IMG/VR virus record: IMGVR_UViG_3300033076_000625
Location: 1-44,383 of that record
Source: a virus
Lineage: Duplodnaviria > Caudoviricetes
Direction: 5' to 3' (one strand)
Length of the DNA stretch: 44,383 nucleotides
A model generated the notes under the pieces. The model did not search any database. It had not been told where the DNA came from and saw only the letters and a program-made list of their open reading frames with translations. The position numbers and the translations under genes were made by a program. Every line of letters begins with the position of its first letter. The stretch's first letter is position 1. Below, piece after piece: positions 19,707 to 27,467 of this stretch.

Positions 19707-21008
19707 ATGTTTGGAGCATACGAAGATACGCGACTTATATTAAAAGAGCCAGTTAATAAAAACTATTGTGCTACAGTAGTTGCACTTAAAAACATTGTAC
19801 CACTAGAAGGATGTGATAACGTGGTAGGTACTCACTTGTTTGGATTTCAAGCAATTGTTGGTAAAGAACATCAGGTGGAAGATATTGGGATTGTATTTCC
19901 AGCAGAAACACAGCTATCAGAAGCTTTCTGTAAAAACAACGACTTGTTTAGACACTCAGAGCTAAATAAGAACACAGACAAGAAAGGATATCTTGAAGAT
20001 AACCGACGTGTTAAAGCAATGAAATTCCGAGGACATCAATCAAGCTGTTTGTTTATGCCATTAGAATCTCTAAAGTTCACTGGGATTGATATTTCAGAAC
20101 TAGAAGTAGGAATGGAGTTTGATGAGCTAAACGGTGTTGCTATTTGTAAAAAATATGTAGTACGTGAACCAATAACAAGAGCTAACAAAGCTAATGGCCA
20201 AAAGAAAAAAGAGTGGGTAGAAGCAATTCACATGCCAGAACATTTCGACACAGATAACTTCTGGAAGAATGTAGACAAGGTAGGTCAGTTCAGTAGAGTT
20301 ATCGTAACCCAGAAGCTACATGGAACAAGTATTCGAGTAGGTCATACACTGGTTAATCGAGAGTTGAGTTTCTTGGAAAAGATTGCTTCAAAGCTTGGTT
20401 TGTCTATCAACAAAAAGAAATATGACTATGTATTTGCTTCTCGTAAGGTTATTAAAGACCAGAACGAAAACAAACACTTTTATGAAACTGATATCTGGAC
20501 AGAAGAAGGAAAGAAACTAGTTGGTCTACTGCCTAAGAATTATATTCTATACGGTGAACTAATTGGTTACACAAGTAATGGTGCACCTATTCAAAAAGGT
20601 TACACATACGATTGTCAACAAGGAGAATCTAATTTGTACGTATACCGTATCGCTGTTGTAAATGAAGATGGGTTTATTACCGACCTTAGCTGGGAAGATG
20701 TAAAAACATTCTGTGACGATAGGCTACTAAATTACGTACCAGAGATTGTATCTTTGGACAAGTCAAAGTATGGCATTGAAACATTTGTACCGTACATTAA
20801 TAGTTTGATGGACAAGAAGTACGGTGACATGTTCCCAATGAATGTAATGTTGTCAGATAAAGACACAGTGGACGAAGGTGTATGTATCAGATACGAAGGA
20901 AACAGAACACAACCTTACATTCTTAAAGCTAAGGCACCATTGTTCTTTGAGCACGAGACACGATTATTAGACACTAACACAGAAGACCTAGAGTCATCAC
21001 AGAATTAA
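19707..21008 (+). CDS. ATP-dependent RNA ligase (Rnl2/DRB0094-like) with N-terminal OB/tRNA-binding-like domain
   Basis: Motif I TQKLHGTS, III LYGELIG, IIIa LYVYRI, IV EGVCIR, V LKAK. Confidence 0.85.
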   Translation: MFGAYEDTRLILKEPVNKNYCATVVALKNIVPLEGCDNVVGTHLFGFQAIVGKEHQVEDIGIVFPAETQLSEAFCKNNDLFRHSELNKNTDKKGYLEDNRRVKAMKFRGHQSSCLFMPLESLKFTGIDISELEVGMEFDELNGVAICKKYVVREPITRANKANGQKKKEWVEAIHMPEHFDTDNFWKNVDKVGQFSRVIVTQKLHGTSIRVGHTLVNRELSFLEKIASKLGLSINKKKYDYVFASRKVIKDQNENKHFYETDIWTEEGKKLVGLLPKNYILYGELIGYTSNGAPIQKGYTYDCQQGESNLYVYRIAVVNEDGFITDLSWEDVKTFCDDRLLNYVPEIVSLDKSKYGIETFVPYINSLMDKKYGDMFPMNVMLSDKDTVDEGVCIRYEGNRTQPYILKAKAPLFFEHETRLLDTNTEDLESSQN

Positions 21009-21010
21009 TT

Positions 21011-21247
21011 ATGGTAGATAAATTTGGACAACAAATAATTGCAGGCGACTTTGTTGCTATAGGTGTGAGAAGTGGAAACTGTGGAGGATTAAGTGTTGGT
21101 AAAGTACTTGAAACAAAAGCAGATAGCCTAACAGTTGAGTATATAGATGACTACGGAAGTAAAACAAAAGGACGACCACAGACTAGCGGTAACATTATCG
21201 TTATAAACGATGACACATTAAGTAAGTTAATAGAGAGACATAAATAA
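21011..21247 (+). CDS. Small SH3/KOW-like hypothetical protein
   Basis: DKFGQQIIAGDFVA pattern. Confidence 0.6.
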   Translation: MVDKFGQQIIAGDFVAIGVRSGNCGGLSVGKVLETKADSLTVEYIDDYGSKTKGRPQTSGNIIVINDDTLSKLIERHK

Positions 21248-21248
21248 T

Positions 21249-21542
21249 ATGGATACAGATACAATATTAGAAAATTTAGGAGAAATAACAGGCGAATTTA
21301 GATGTTGGGAAGAAGATATTTCGTTTCTCTCTGAGGAAGAATATGGTTACCTAGAAGAAATTGATAGTGAAGTAACAAACCCACGTCGTGACTACATAGG
21401 TGATAAAACATATATAAAAAATAATTTTGATAACAGATATTTCTTTATTGAGACTTGTGGTAATGATATGTACATGAAATTGCGTGGTTATGGAGAAGTA
21501 GAACCAAAAGAAGTTACTAGTATAATGTGGGTAAATAAATAA
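21249..21542 (+). CDS. Acidic hypothetical protein
   Basis: 97 aa; C-terminal EVEPKEVT..WV. Confidence 0.65.
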   Translation: MDTDTILENLGEITGEFRCWEEDISFLSEEEYGYLEEIDSEVTNPRRDYIGDKTYIKNNFDNRYFFIETCGNDMYMKLRGYGEVEPKEVTSIMWVNK

Positions 21543-21543
21543 T

Positions 21544-22482
21544 ATGTCTTTACCAGAAGAAGAACAAAAACTAACAGTCACATTAACAATTGGTTTACCA
21601 GGTAGTGGTAAAACCACATGGGCCAAAAATGAAGAAGAATATGGTATTGTAAATTACGGACGTTTAGGTTCAAGAAGGTATGTAGAAAACATCTGTAAAG
21701 ATGATTTGAGAAAGGAGTTTCCGAAAGCCAATGAGAAAGAAATTATTAAAACAAGAAACGAGCGTACTCGAGACTGTCTTAATAATAACATTTCTGTAAT
21801 TTGGTCAGATACTAACCTTAATCCAATACACAAAAAAACGGCAGAAGCTATTGCAAAAGAATACGACGCTGAAGTAGTCATTAAAGACTTTACTGACGTA
21901 CCTATCGAAACATGTATCAAGCGAGACCTTATGCGTCTTGAATCTGTAGGTAAAGACGTGATTATGGAAATGTATTACAAGTGGTTGTGTCCTAAAGAAG
22001 TAAACATTATACCAGACTTAATGGAGCGGTGCTATATTGTTGACATTGATGGCACAGTAGCTACCACAACTACACGCAGCCATTATGACTATACACCTGA
22101 AGCAATACTAACTGACGCTCCAAGATGTAATGTTATCCAATTACTAAAATATATAACTGAACCTGAAAAAGACAACGAAGATGCTTATTCAAGCGTTGGA
22201 TATTCTGGGTGTAAACTAATATTTGTTTCTGGTAGAAAAGATTCGTGTAAAGATGCTACGATACAATGGTTAAATAATAATGGTTTGTACCCTGATGAGT
22301 TACACATGCGAGCTACAGGAGATGACCGTAATGATGCTATTGTAAAAAAAGAAATCTACGACAATCATATTAAAGGTAAGTACAATGTATTAGGAGTATT
22401 TGATGACAGACCTCGTGTGATTCGTATGTGGGAGAAAGAAGGATTAACAGTATTTAATGTAGGTAAAGGTTATGAGTTCTAG
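21544..22482 (+). CDS. pseT: Polynucleotide 5'-kinase/3'-phosphatase (T4 PseT-like)
   Basis: GLPGSGKTTWA, KDDLR, DTNL kinase motifs; HAD motifs DIDGT, SGR, FDDRPRV. Confidence 0.95.
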   Translation: MSLPEEEQKLTVTLTIGLPGSGKTTWAKNEEEYGIVNYGRLGSRRYVENICKDDLRKEFPKANEKEIIKTRNERTRDCLNNNISVIWSDTNLNPIHKKTAEAIAKEYDAEVVIKDFTDVPIETCIKRDLMRLESVGKDVIMEMYYKWLCPKEVNIIPDLMERCYIVDIDGTVATTTTRSHYDYTPEAILTDAPRCNVIQLLKYITEPEKDNEDAYSSVGYSGCKLIFVSGRKDSCKDATIQWLNNNGLYPDELHMRATGDDRNDAIVKKEIYDNHIKGKYNVLGVFDDRPRVIRMWEKEGLTVFNVGKGYEF

Positions 22483-22828
22483 TATATATAGACAAATTAA
22501 CTGGGGAAACAAAGACCCAGACGTTAAAGTACAAGTAGATATAGTTAACATTGAAAAATTACATGAAGTAAATACTAATAACATTTTAAGTGTTAAGGAA
22601 ACAAACTTTGGTACAAATATAATTACTTTTACTGGTGGTAAAGATACAAATAATTGCAAGTTTTTACTCGCTAGAAAAGATTATGAAAAGAGCCAGGGTG
22701 ATAGTAAATACCAATCACTGAAAGAGCTATCTACCGAATTAATTCAAGACTTAATTAATCACATGCAAGAAAATGATGTCCTAGATAGTTTTATTGACAA
22801 ATTTACAAAAAAACACTTGACAAACTAG
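22472..22828 (+). CDS. Hypothetical protein
   Basis: 118 aa ORF overlapping the pseT stop. Confidence 0.6.
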   Translation: MSSSIYRQINWGNKDPDVKVQVDIVNIEKLHEVNTNNILSVKETNFGTNIITFTGGKDTNNCKFLLARKDYEKSQGDSKYQSLKELSTELIQDLINHMQENDVLDSFIDKFTKKHLTN

Positions 22829-22845
22829 TCTCAATCTGCTATACT
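22817..22845 (+). promoter_or_regulatory. Promoter of the first RNA cluster
   Basis: TTGACA-17nt-TATACT with TG extension. Confidence 0.8.
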
Positions 22846-22850
22846 TAATA

Positions 22851-22959
22851 TGTTGCTGAGGTAAGTTTTTAAGACCAACTACAAGTACGACTACCTTTCA
22901 CAGCGTACTTTAAAGAAAAACAACATGAGGGAAGGTAAAACCTTTTGGTCATCGCAACA
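22851..22959 (+). ncRNA. Candidate pseudoknotted RNA
   Basis: TGTTGC/GCAACA, GACCAA/TTGGTC and AAGTACG/CGTACTT stems; loop TACCTTTC pairs with downstream GGAAGGTA; begins at the predicted transcription start. Confidence 0.5.
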
Positions 22960-23012
22960 CAGATTAGGAGCTCAGGCTCCTTTTCTAATAGCGGGTGTAA
23001 AAGCCCGTCTAT

Positions 23013-23093
23013 GCCCAGTATGCTCAGTGGGTGAGCAACGGTCTGTAAAACCGTCCCTTTCGAGGAAGTATGGTTCGATTCCATAACTTGGCA
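23013..23093 (+). tRNA. tRNA-Tyr(GTA)
   Basis: Cloverleaf; ACGGT-CTGTAAA-ACCGT; long variable arm; one acceptor mismatch. Confidence 0.9.
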
Positions 23094-23218
23094 CATTGTA
23101 TTGGAGTATTACGGTACATATATACTTGTAAATCAAGGTTTTGCAAGTAAGAACATTAACCTTGCTACCTTTTAAACAGTGTGAAATACTAACACGTTTA
23201 AGTTAAAAGGTAGGACAT

Positions 23219-23289
23219 TGCGGTGTAGAGTAGTGGTATCTCGACAGGCTCATTACCTGTAGACCTTAGTTCGAATCTGAGTAACGCAG
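23219..23289 (+). tRNA. tRNA-Met(CAT), initiator-like
   Basis: ACAGG-CTCATTA-CCTGT; T-loop TTCGAAT; acceptor G-A mismatch. Confidence 0.8.
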
Positions 23290-23488
23290 TATGTGGTATC
23301 TGTCCTTGCTGTACAAGGGCAATGCCTAGGAAGTACTGGTAATGATAGTCTTTCCAGTAGTAGCCGAATCGCCGTAAGGCCATGCTCATAACTATCTATA
23401 ACTTAAGTAACGTACAGACTAGCTTAAGTTGAAGAGGATAAAAAATTAGGCTTGCAGCACAGGGTAACCCAAGAGGCTGCATGACCCC

Positions 23489-23559
23489 GCCTACTTAGCT
23501 TAATGGTAAAGCGTCCCGCTGAAGACGGGAATAACATAGTTCAATTCTATGAGTTGGCA
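23489..23559 (+). tRNA. tRNA-Phe(GAA)
   Basis: TCCCG-CTGAAGA-CGGGA; cloverleaf with one acceptor mismatch. Confidence 0.88.
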
Positions 23560-23564
23560 CACAA

Positions 23565-23636
23565 GTGGAGTTAGCTCAGCGGTAGAGCGGTAAACTGTTA
23601 ATTTACGGGTCATAGGTTCAAATCCTATACTCCACT
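23565..23636 (+). tRNA. tRNA-Asn(GTT)
   Basis: GTAAA-CTGTTAA-TTTAC; perfect acceptor GTGGAGT/ACTCCAC. Confidence 0.9.
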
Positions 23637-23642
23637 CATAAT

Positions 23643-23715
23643 GTTGTATTGGTGAAGCAGTTAACACAGCAGTCTGCAAAACTGTTACGCGTAGGTGCAA
23701 ATCCTACATACAACT
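23643..23715 (+). tRNA. tRNA-Cys(GCA)
   Basis: GCAGT-CTGCAAA-ACTGT; U73 discriminator. Confidence 0.9.
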
Positions 23716-23720
23716 CATTT

Positions 23721-23909
23721 ATGGAAGATGACACAACAAACAACAACGTAAGATACGAACACATCATGTTATGTATGATGAGTTATTTTCCTGATAAATC
23801 GCCTAGAGATATTGAGGATTTTTTGGAATACATGAGCGATATGGGGTTATTGAGTGAGAAAGGCAAGGAGATACGTACTGCGTTTTGGCAAAGGTTCTGG
23901 GCAGAATAA
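23721..23909 (+). CDS. Small hypothetical protein inside the tRNA cluster
   Basis: ATG 23721 right after tRNA-Cys; the ORF-track extension overlaps the tRNA. Confidence 0.6.
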   Translation: MEDDTTNNNVRYEHIMLCMMSYFPDKSPRDIEDFLEYMSDMGLLSEKGKEIRTAFWQRFWAE

Positions 23910-23921
23910 TTTTTTTATGTT

Positions 23922-23982
23922 AAAGCACTAGTTTTGTACTAGTGTTTTTTCATTTGACATTTTTTTAGTCTTGGTATATACT
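23922..23982 (+). promoter_or_regulatory. Terminator followed by the promoter of the second RNA cluster
   Basis: GCACTAGT/ACTAGTGT hairpin with T-run; TTGACA(23954)-17nt-TATACT(23977). Confidence 0.75.
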
Positions 23983-24064
23983 TACTTAGGTAAGGGTAAT
24001 ACCTTACAGCTCTCACAAGTGTTAGTTGTTAGAACAAAATCTATCTCCCATTGGTAGATAGTAC

Positions 24065-24139
24065 GGGATATTAGCTCAGTTGGTTCAGAGCACAGAGCTT
24101 ATACCTCTGCGGTCCCTGGTTCAAGTCCAGGATGTCCCA
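24065..24139 (+). tRNA. tRNA-Ile(TAT)
   Basis: CAGAG-CTTATAC-CTCTG; canonical cloverleaf, A73. Confidence 0.92.
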
Positions 24140-24215
24140 CATTGCTAGAAATAGCAATACGTGAATAACGACAAAAGGTGAGATACATTACTTTAGACGG
24201 AAGGTGTATCTCAAT

Positions 24216-24289
24216 GCAATGGTAGCTCAGTTGGATAGAGCAGGGGACTTCTAAGCCCAAGGTCGTAGGTTCAAATCCTACCCGTTGCA
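24216..24289 (+). tRNA. tRNA-Arg(TCT), weak anticodon stem
   Basis: GGGGA-CTTCTAA-GCCCA has only 3 of 5 pairs; other arms canonical. Confidence 0.8.
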
Positions 24290-24312
24290 CAGTTTTCTTT
24301 TACAATTTAATT

Positions 24313-25101
24313 TATCGGTATCATAGCCCTTTATAGTAATATGAAGGCAGGTATGAGTAACCTGGTATTAAACAAGCTCCTAATTAATATTAGGGGTTAT
24401 GGTACTGATAGTATCGTCACTTACACCCTCATTCGCAAGAATGGGGAATATATTTGCACTCCTAACTTAGGTTGGGGGTGTAGGTGATGATAGTGGTGTG
24501 TATATGGCTGCGGACATCCAACCATATGAGTGAAAGTTGGTTGCATTAATTTGCTTTGAAAAACACATGAGACAAGTATAGTTAGTTCATGACTAACAAC
24601 ATTACGAAGTCACTTGATACAACAAGCGCATAATATAGTGGCGGTAAGACTTCATGAGTCAATACTGAATGGTTAACTAAAATGCCCGCTACCACATGCA
24701 CATCACAGATTATAGGTAGACACCATGCAACGAAATAGTATTATCCCTGCAAGGACTCGGAGCGAAATACACCGTTGTATGATTTCTGCCTATAATCAAA
24801 CATAGATATTAGAGTAATGACGTGACGGACAGTGAGCCGTATATGCATTATGATTATTGTAGAGCAACGGCAGCTCAATGCAGTATAATACTGAGTTCTG
24901 GGTTCGAATCCCAGCAATAATTCTACCAGTCAAACCTGGTCGTCATTACCCTGGTATTTATTCATAGATAGATTGTAGTAAATAATCTCCCATGGGGTAC
25001 CTAGGCTCTCCTGACATGGATTTCACTTTTATTTGCTACAACCTGTCTATGACAGGAATTATAAACCCATGTGGTTTGTAGTCTTTCTCTCATCACATGG
25101 G
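24313..25101 (+). ncRNA. Large structured ncRNA or array of ncRNA domains
   Basis: No ORF on the track; six abutting domains closed by 13-24 bp stems with G-U pairs and GNRA loops, plus a final hairpin. Confidence 0.75.
24853..24922 (+). ncRNA. tRNA-like element with non-canonical anticodon arm
   Basis: ATTATTG/CAATAAT acceptor, GAGC/GCTC D stem, CTGGG-TTCGAAT-CCCAG T arm; anticodon arm is CAGTA-TAA-TACTG. Confidence 0.75.
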
Positions 25102-25132
25102 GGGGAAGGATACAAACATAACAATTATTATT

Positions 25133-25474
25133 ATGGAAGAAACAGTAAATAAAATAGTGTCTATTGGTACTGATAAATTAGATGAGGATGACTTTAGAGT
25201 CTATAACAGCAATGGTCATACACATGCAATATATGACGTACTTATTTATGATTACGAAAGAGGTAGCTACTCAGGTTCAGGTACAGCCGTATGGAAAAGA
25301 GGAGACCAGTGGTATTACCTTGATTTAATTCATTGTAGTTGCTATGGGCCAACTAACGAGATAAGTAGTGCTGATTTATCACCATTTACATTAGCACAGG
25401 TAAAAGAAATCTTGTCAAAAAACTATGAAGAACAAAGTAAAAATGTATTAGACTATTTAGAAAAAAACTATTAA
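25133..25474 (+). CDS. Hypothetical phage protein
   Basis: YERGSYSGSG...HCSCYGP motif; probable start 25133. Confidence 0.7.
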   Translation: MEETVNKIVSIGTDKLDEDDFRVYNSNGHTHAIYDVLIYDYERGSYSGSGTAVWKRGDQWYYLDLIHCSCYGPTNEISSADLSPFTLAQVKEILSKNYEEQSKNVLDYLEKNY

Positions 25475-25480
25475 ATTATT

Positions 25481-25903
25481 ATGGAAGATAATAAATATAT
25501 ACCACAATATGGTGAATCAGTAGAAGTCGGCGATAATGGAACTTATTGGTATCCAAGAGTTTTTTCAGAATATGTAGCAACAAGTGAGTATCCGTTTAAA
25601 ACTACAGATGGTGACAAATGGAGGTACTGTAGAAAAATTAATAACCAATCTAATCAATCAACTAATCAAACAACTAATCAAACAACTAATCAACCTAACA
25701 AAACATTTATGTCAACAATCAAGCAAACACTTAAAAACATTATGCGAACTGAACCATCTAAAACTTTTGTTAAAGTAGGATTCATGGACGCAGACGAAAA
25801 TATTACAGAAGCAGGAATGGAAGCTCTTCAGATTATTCTTTGGGATAAATACCAAACAGAACTCAAAGAGCTTGCAGATAAGTTAAACGTAGAAGAGAAA
25901 TAG
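25481..25903 (+). CDS. Hypothetical protein with NQ(T/S) repeat linker
   Basis: Two segments joined by NQSNQSTNQTTNQTTNQPN. Confidence 0.65.
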   Translation: MEDNKYIPQYGESVEVGDNGTYWYPRVFSEYVATSEYPFKTTDGDKWRYCRKINNQSNQSTNQTTNQTTNQPNKTFMSTIKQTLKNIMRTEPSKTFVKVGFMDADENITEAGMEALQIILWDKYQTELKELADKLNVEEK

Positions 25904-25960
25904 TTTATCCCTCGCGCATCATCATTCATGGTGGTGCGTATGGGGCAGATTATTGCCCTA

Positions 25961-26141
25961 GATTATAAGTATATGCGTGCAGTGGCGGAAAGAGACGCAG
26001 GGTGCTTGATGAAAGAATCCCGAATTCAAGCGTGCAAGTTGACTATACACGTATAAACGTAATTGTTGCGACAGTGTCAGTAGAAATATGTGGGCACATC
26101 GCGTCATGTCAATACTTGCCTGCACACACATGCTTATAATC
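25961..26141 (+). ncRNA. tRNA-Leu-like scaffold with T-loop insertion
   Basis: 22-bp closing stem; TG-GCG-GAAAGAGA-CGC D arm; GCAAG/CTTGC T stem enclosing 76 nt. Confidence 0.65.
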
Positions 26142-26171
26142 AATATTCTTTCACAATAAAATATTAACATC

Positions 26172-26276
26172 ATGAAACCAGAAACAAATCTAGGTGATTA
26201 CACCTGTCAGCACTGCGGTGAAATATTCCGCTCGTGGTTCAAATTTTTTGCTCACACCAAAACATGTAAAGCCTAA
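26172..26276 (+). CDS. Tiny zinc-finger protein
   Basis: YTCQHCGEIF...FFAHTKTC (manual translation). Confidence 0.55.
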   Translation: MKPETNLGDYTCQHCGEIFRSWFKFFAHTKTCKA

Positions 26277-26440
26277 TGTTAAAATTCTTTTTCAATCTCT
26301 TCTGCAAAACCTGCAAAGAGGAAACGAAACACCTAGAGCGCGAGGTTGTACGCGATAGCTACAAAAAACGCGAAGTTGTTTCAGATTGCACAAAGTGTGG
26401 TGACACAACGTCCCACACTACATTCCGTTCATCAAAATAA
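26276..26440 (+). CDS. Small zinc-ribbon protein
   Basis: LFCKTCKEETKH...CTKCG (manual translation). Confidence 0.6.
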   Translation: MLKFFFNLFCKTCKEETKHLEREVVRDSYKKREVVSDCTKCGDTTSHTTFRSSK

Positions 26441-26449
26441 TCCATAGCC

Positions 26450-26911
26450 ATGAGATTACACAAAGAAGAACACCACGTTATCCCATTGTCATGCAATGGC
26501 CCTAACTGGAAAGAAAACTGTGTCGTATTGACTCAGAACGAACACAAACAAGTACACGAAGTTTTAGATATACCATATGGGATTATTAGACGCTTCAGGA
26601 AAAGAACTAATCATCTTGCTTACATAGATTTATACTATGTGCAAGAGCTGATTAAATTACAAGAACTTTACTTTGCACGCATGCCTCACTTGTCTACTGT
26701 TCTCCAAAAGAAACACGTAACAGTGATGCAGAATGTATGCAAACGAGCATTAAAAGAATACAAGGAATATAACTTACCAGAGTTTACTGAAACATGTATT
26801 GGTAATCCTAGTGTTGTATTCACGTTTTACTTGCGTCGTTACCATGATATTTTACTTCAGGTGGCAATCTATATGGAATCAAAATTACCTAATCAAACAC
26901 ATCCTAGATAA
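26450..26911 (+). CDS. HNH-domain protein
   Basis: EEHHVIPLSCNGPNWKENCVVLTQNEHKQVH. Confidence 0.8.
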   Translation: MRLHKEEHHVIPLSCNGPNWKENCVVLTQNEHKQVHEVLDIPYGIIRRFRKRTNHLAYIDLYYVQELIKLQELYFARMPHLSTVLQKKHVTVMQNVCKRALKEYKEYNLPEFTETCIGNPSVVFTFYLRRYHDILLQVAIYMESKLPNQTHPR

Positions 26912-26912
26912 T

Positions 26913-27095
26913 ATGCTTTCATTCCTTGTAAAATTATTCTGTGGTTGGTGCTCAAAAAAGACTGACCATGATGTAAATCAAAATTTCAAAAAGATTGGTA
27001 ACGTAGCACGTTACGAGGAAACTCGTACATGCAACGAATGCCATCGCGGTCGTCGTGAAAGATACGCACACCGTGGCGATATGCCGAAACATTAG
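26913..27095 (+). CDS. Small zinc-ribbon protein
   Basis: LFCGWCSKKTDH...CNEC; start after TAA-T-ATG. Confidence 0.6.
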   Translation: MLSFLVKLFCGWCSKKTDHDVNQNFKKIGNVARYEETRTCNECHRGRRERYAHRGDMPKH

Positions 27096-27124
27096 TATTC
27101 TTTAACTTAATAAAATTTAATAAC

Positions 27125-27155
27125 AAGCCCTACCATTTTGGATTAGGGCTTTTTT
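27125..27155 (+). terminator. Intrinsic terminator
   Basis: AAGCCCTA...TAGGGCTT plus T-run. Confidence 0.8.
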
Positions 27156-27467
27156 ATATTCCTTACAGGGGGGGTACAAATTGTCCCCCAGTTGACAACA
27201 TATTTTCTTATGGAATTATATTTTTCATGAACTTCGTAAAATATTTCCAAGGCAAATCAAAATCTGGATTGCGTATATAGAAAAACACTTTTTAAATTTG
27301 CTTTATTATGTCAAGTATGCTAGTATAATTCTTATTGAATAAATTACACATGTTGACAAAGTAGTACTTGACAGCATGGTATATTTGTTGTATTTACATT
27401 TTGACCACTTGCATTATATTTGCATTGGGTGTATATTGTGTGAGTTGAAGCGTGAGAGCTACAACAA

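Noticed and set aside
22869-24290. Minus-strand ORFs across the tRNA cluster (22869, 23198, 23500, 24099), and likewise 25958
   Set aside because: They are antisense shadows of tRNAs and structured RNAs
24313-24410. Hammerhead ribozyme
   Set aside because: No CTGATGA/GAAA core in the correct junction
24708-24797. SRP (4.5S) RNA
   Set aside because: The rod shape fits, but the conserved CAGG...GGAA...AGCA domain is absent
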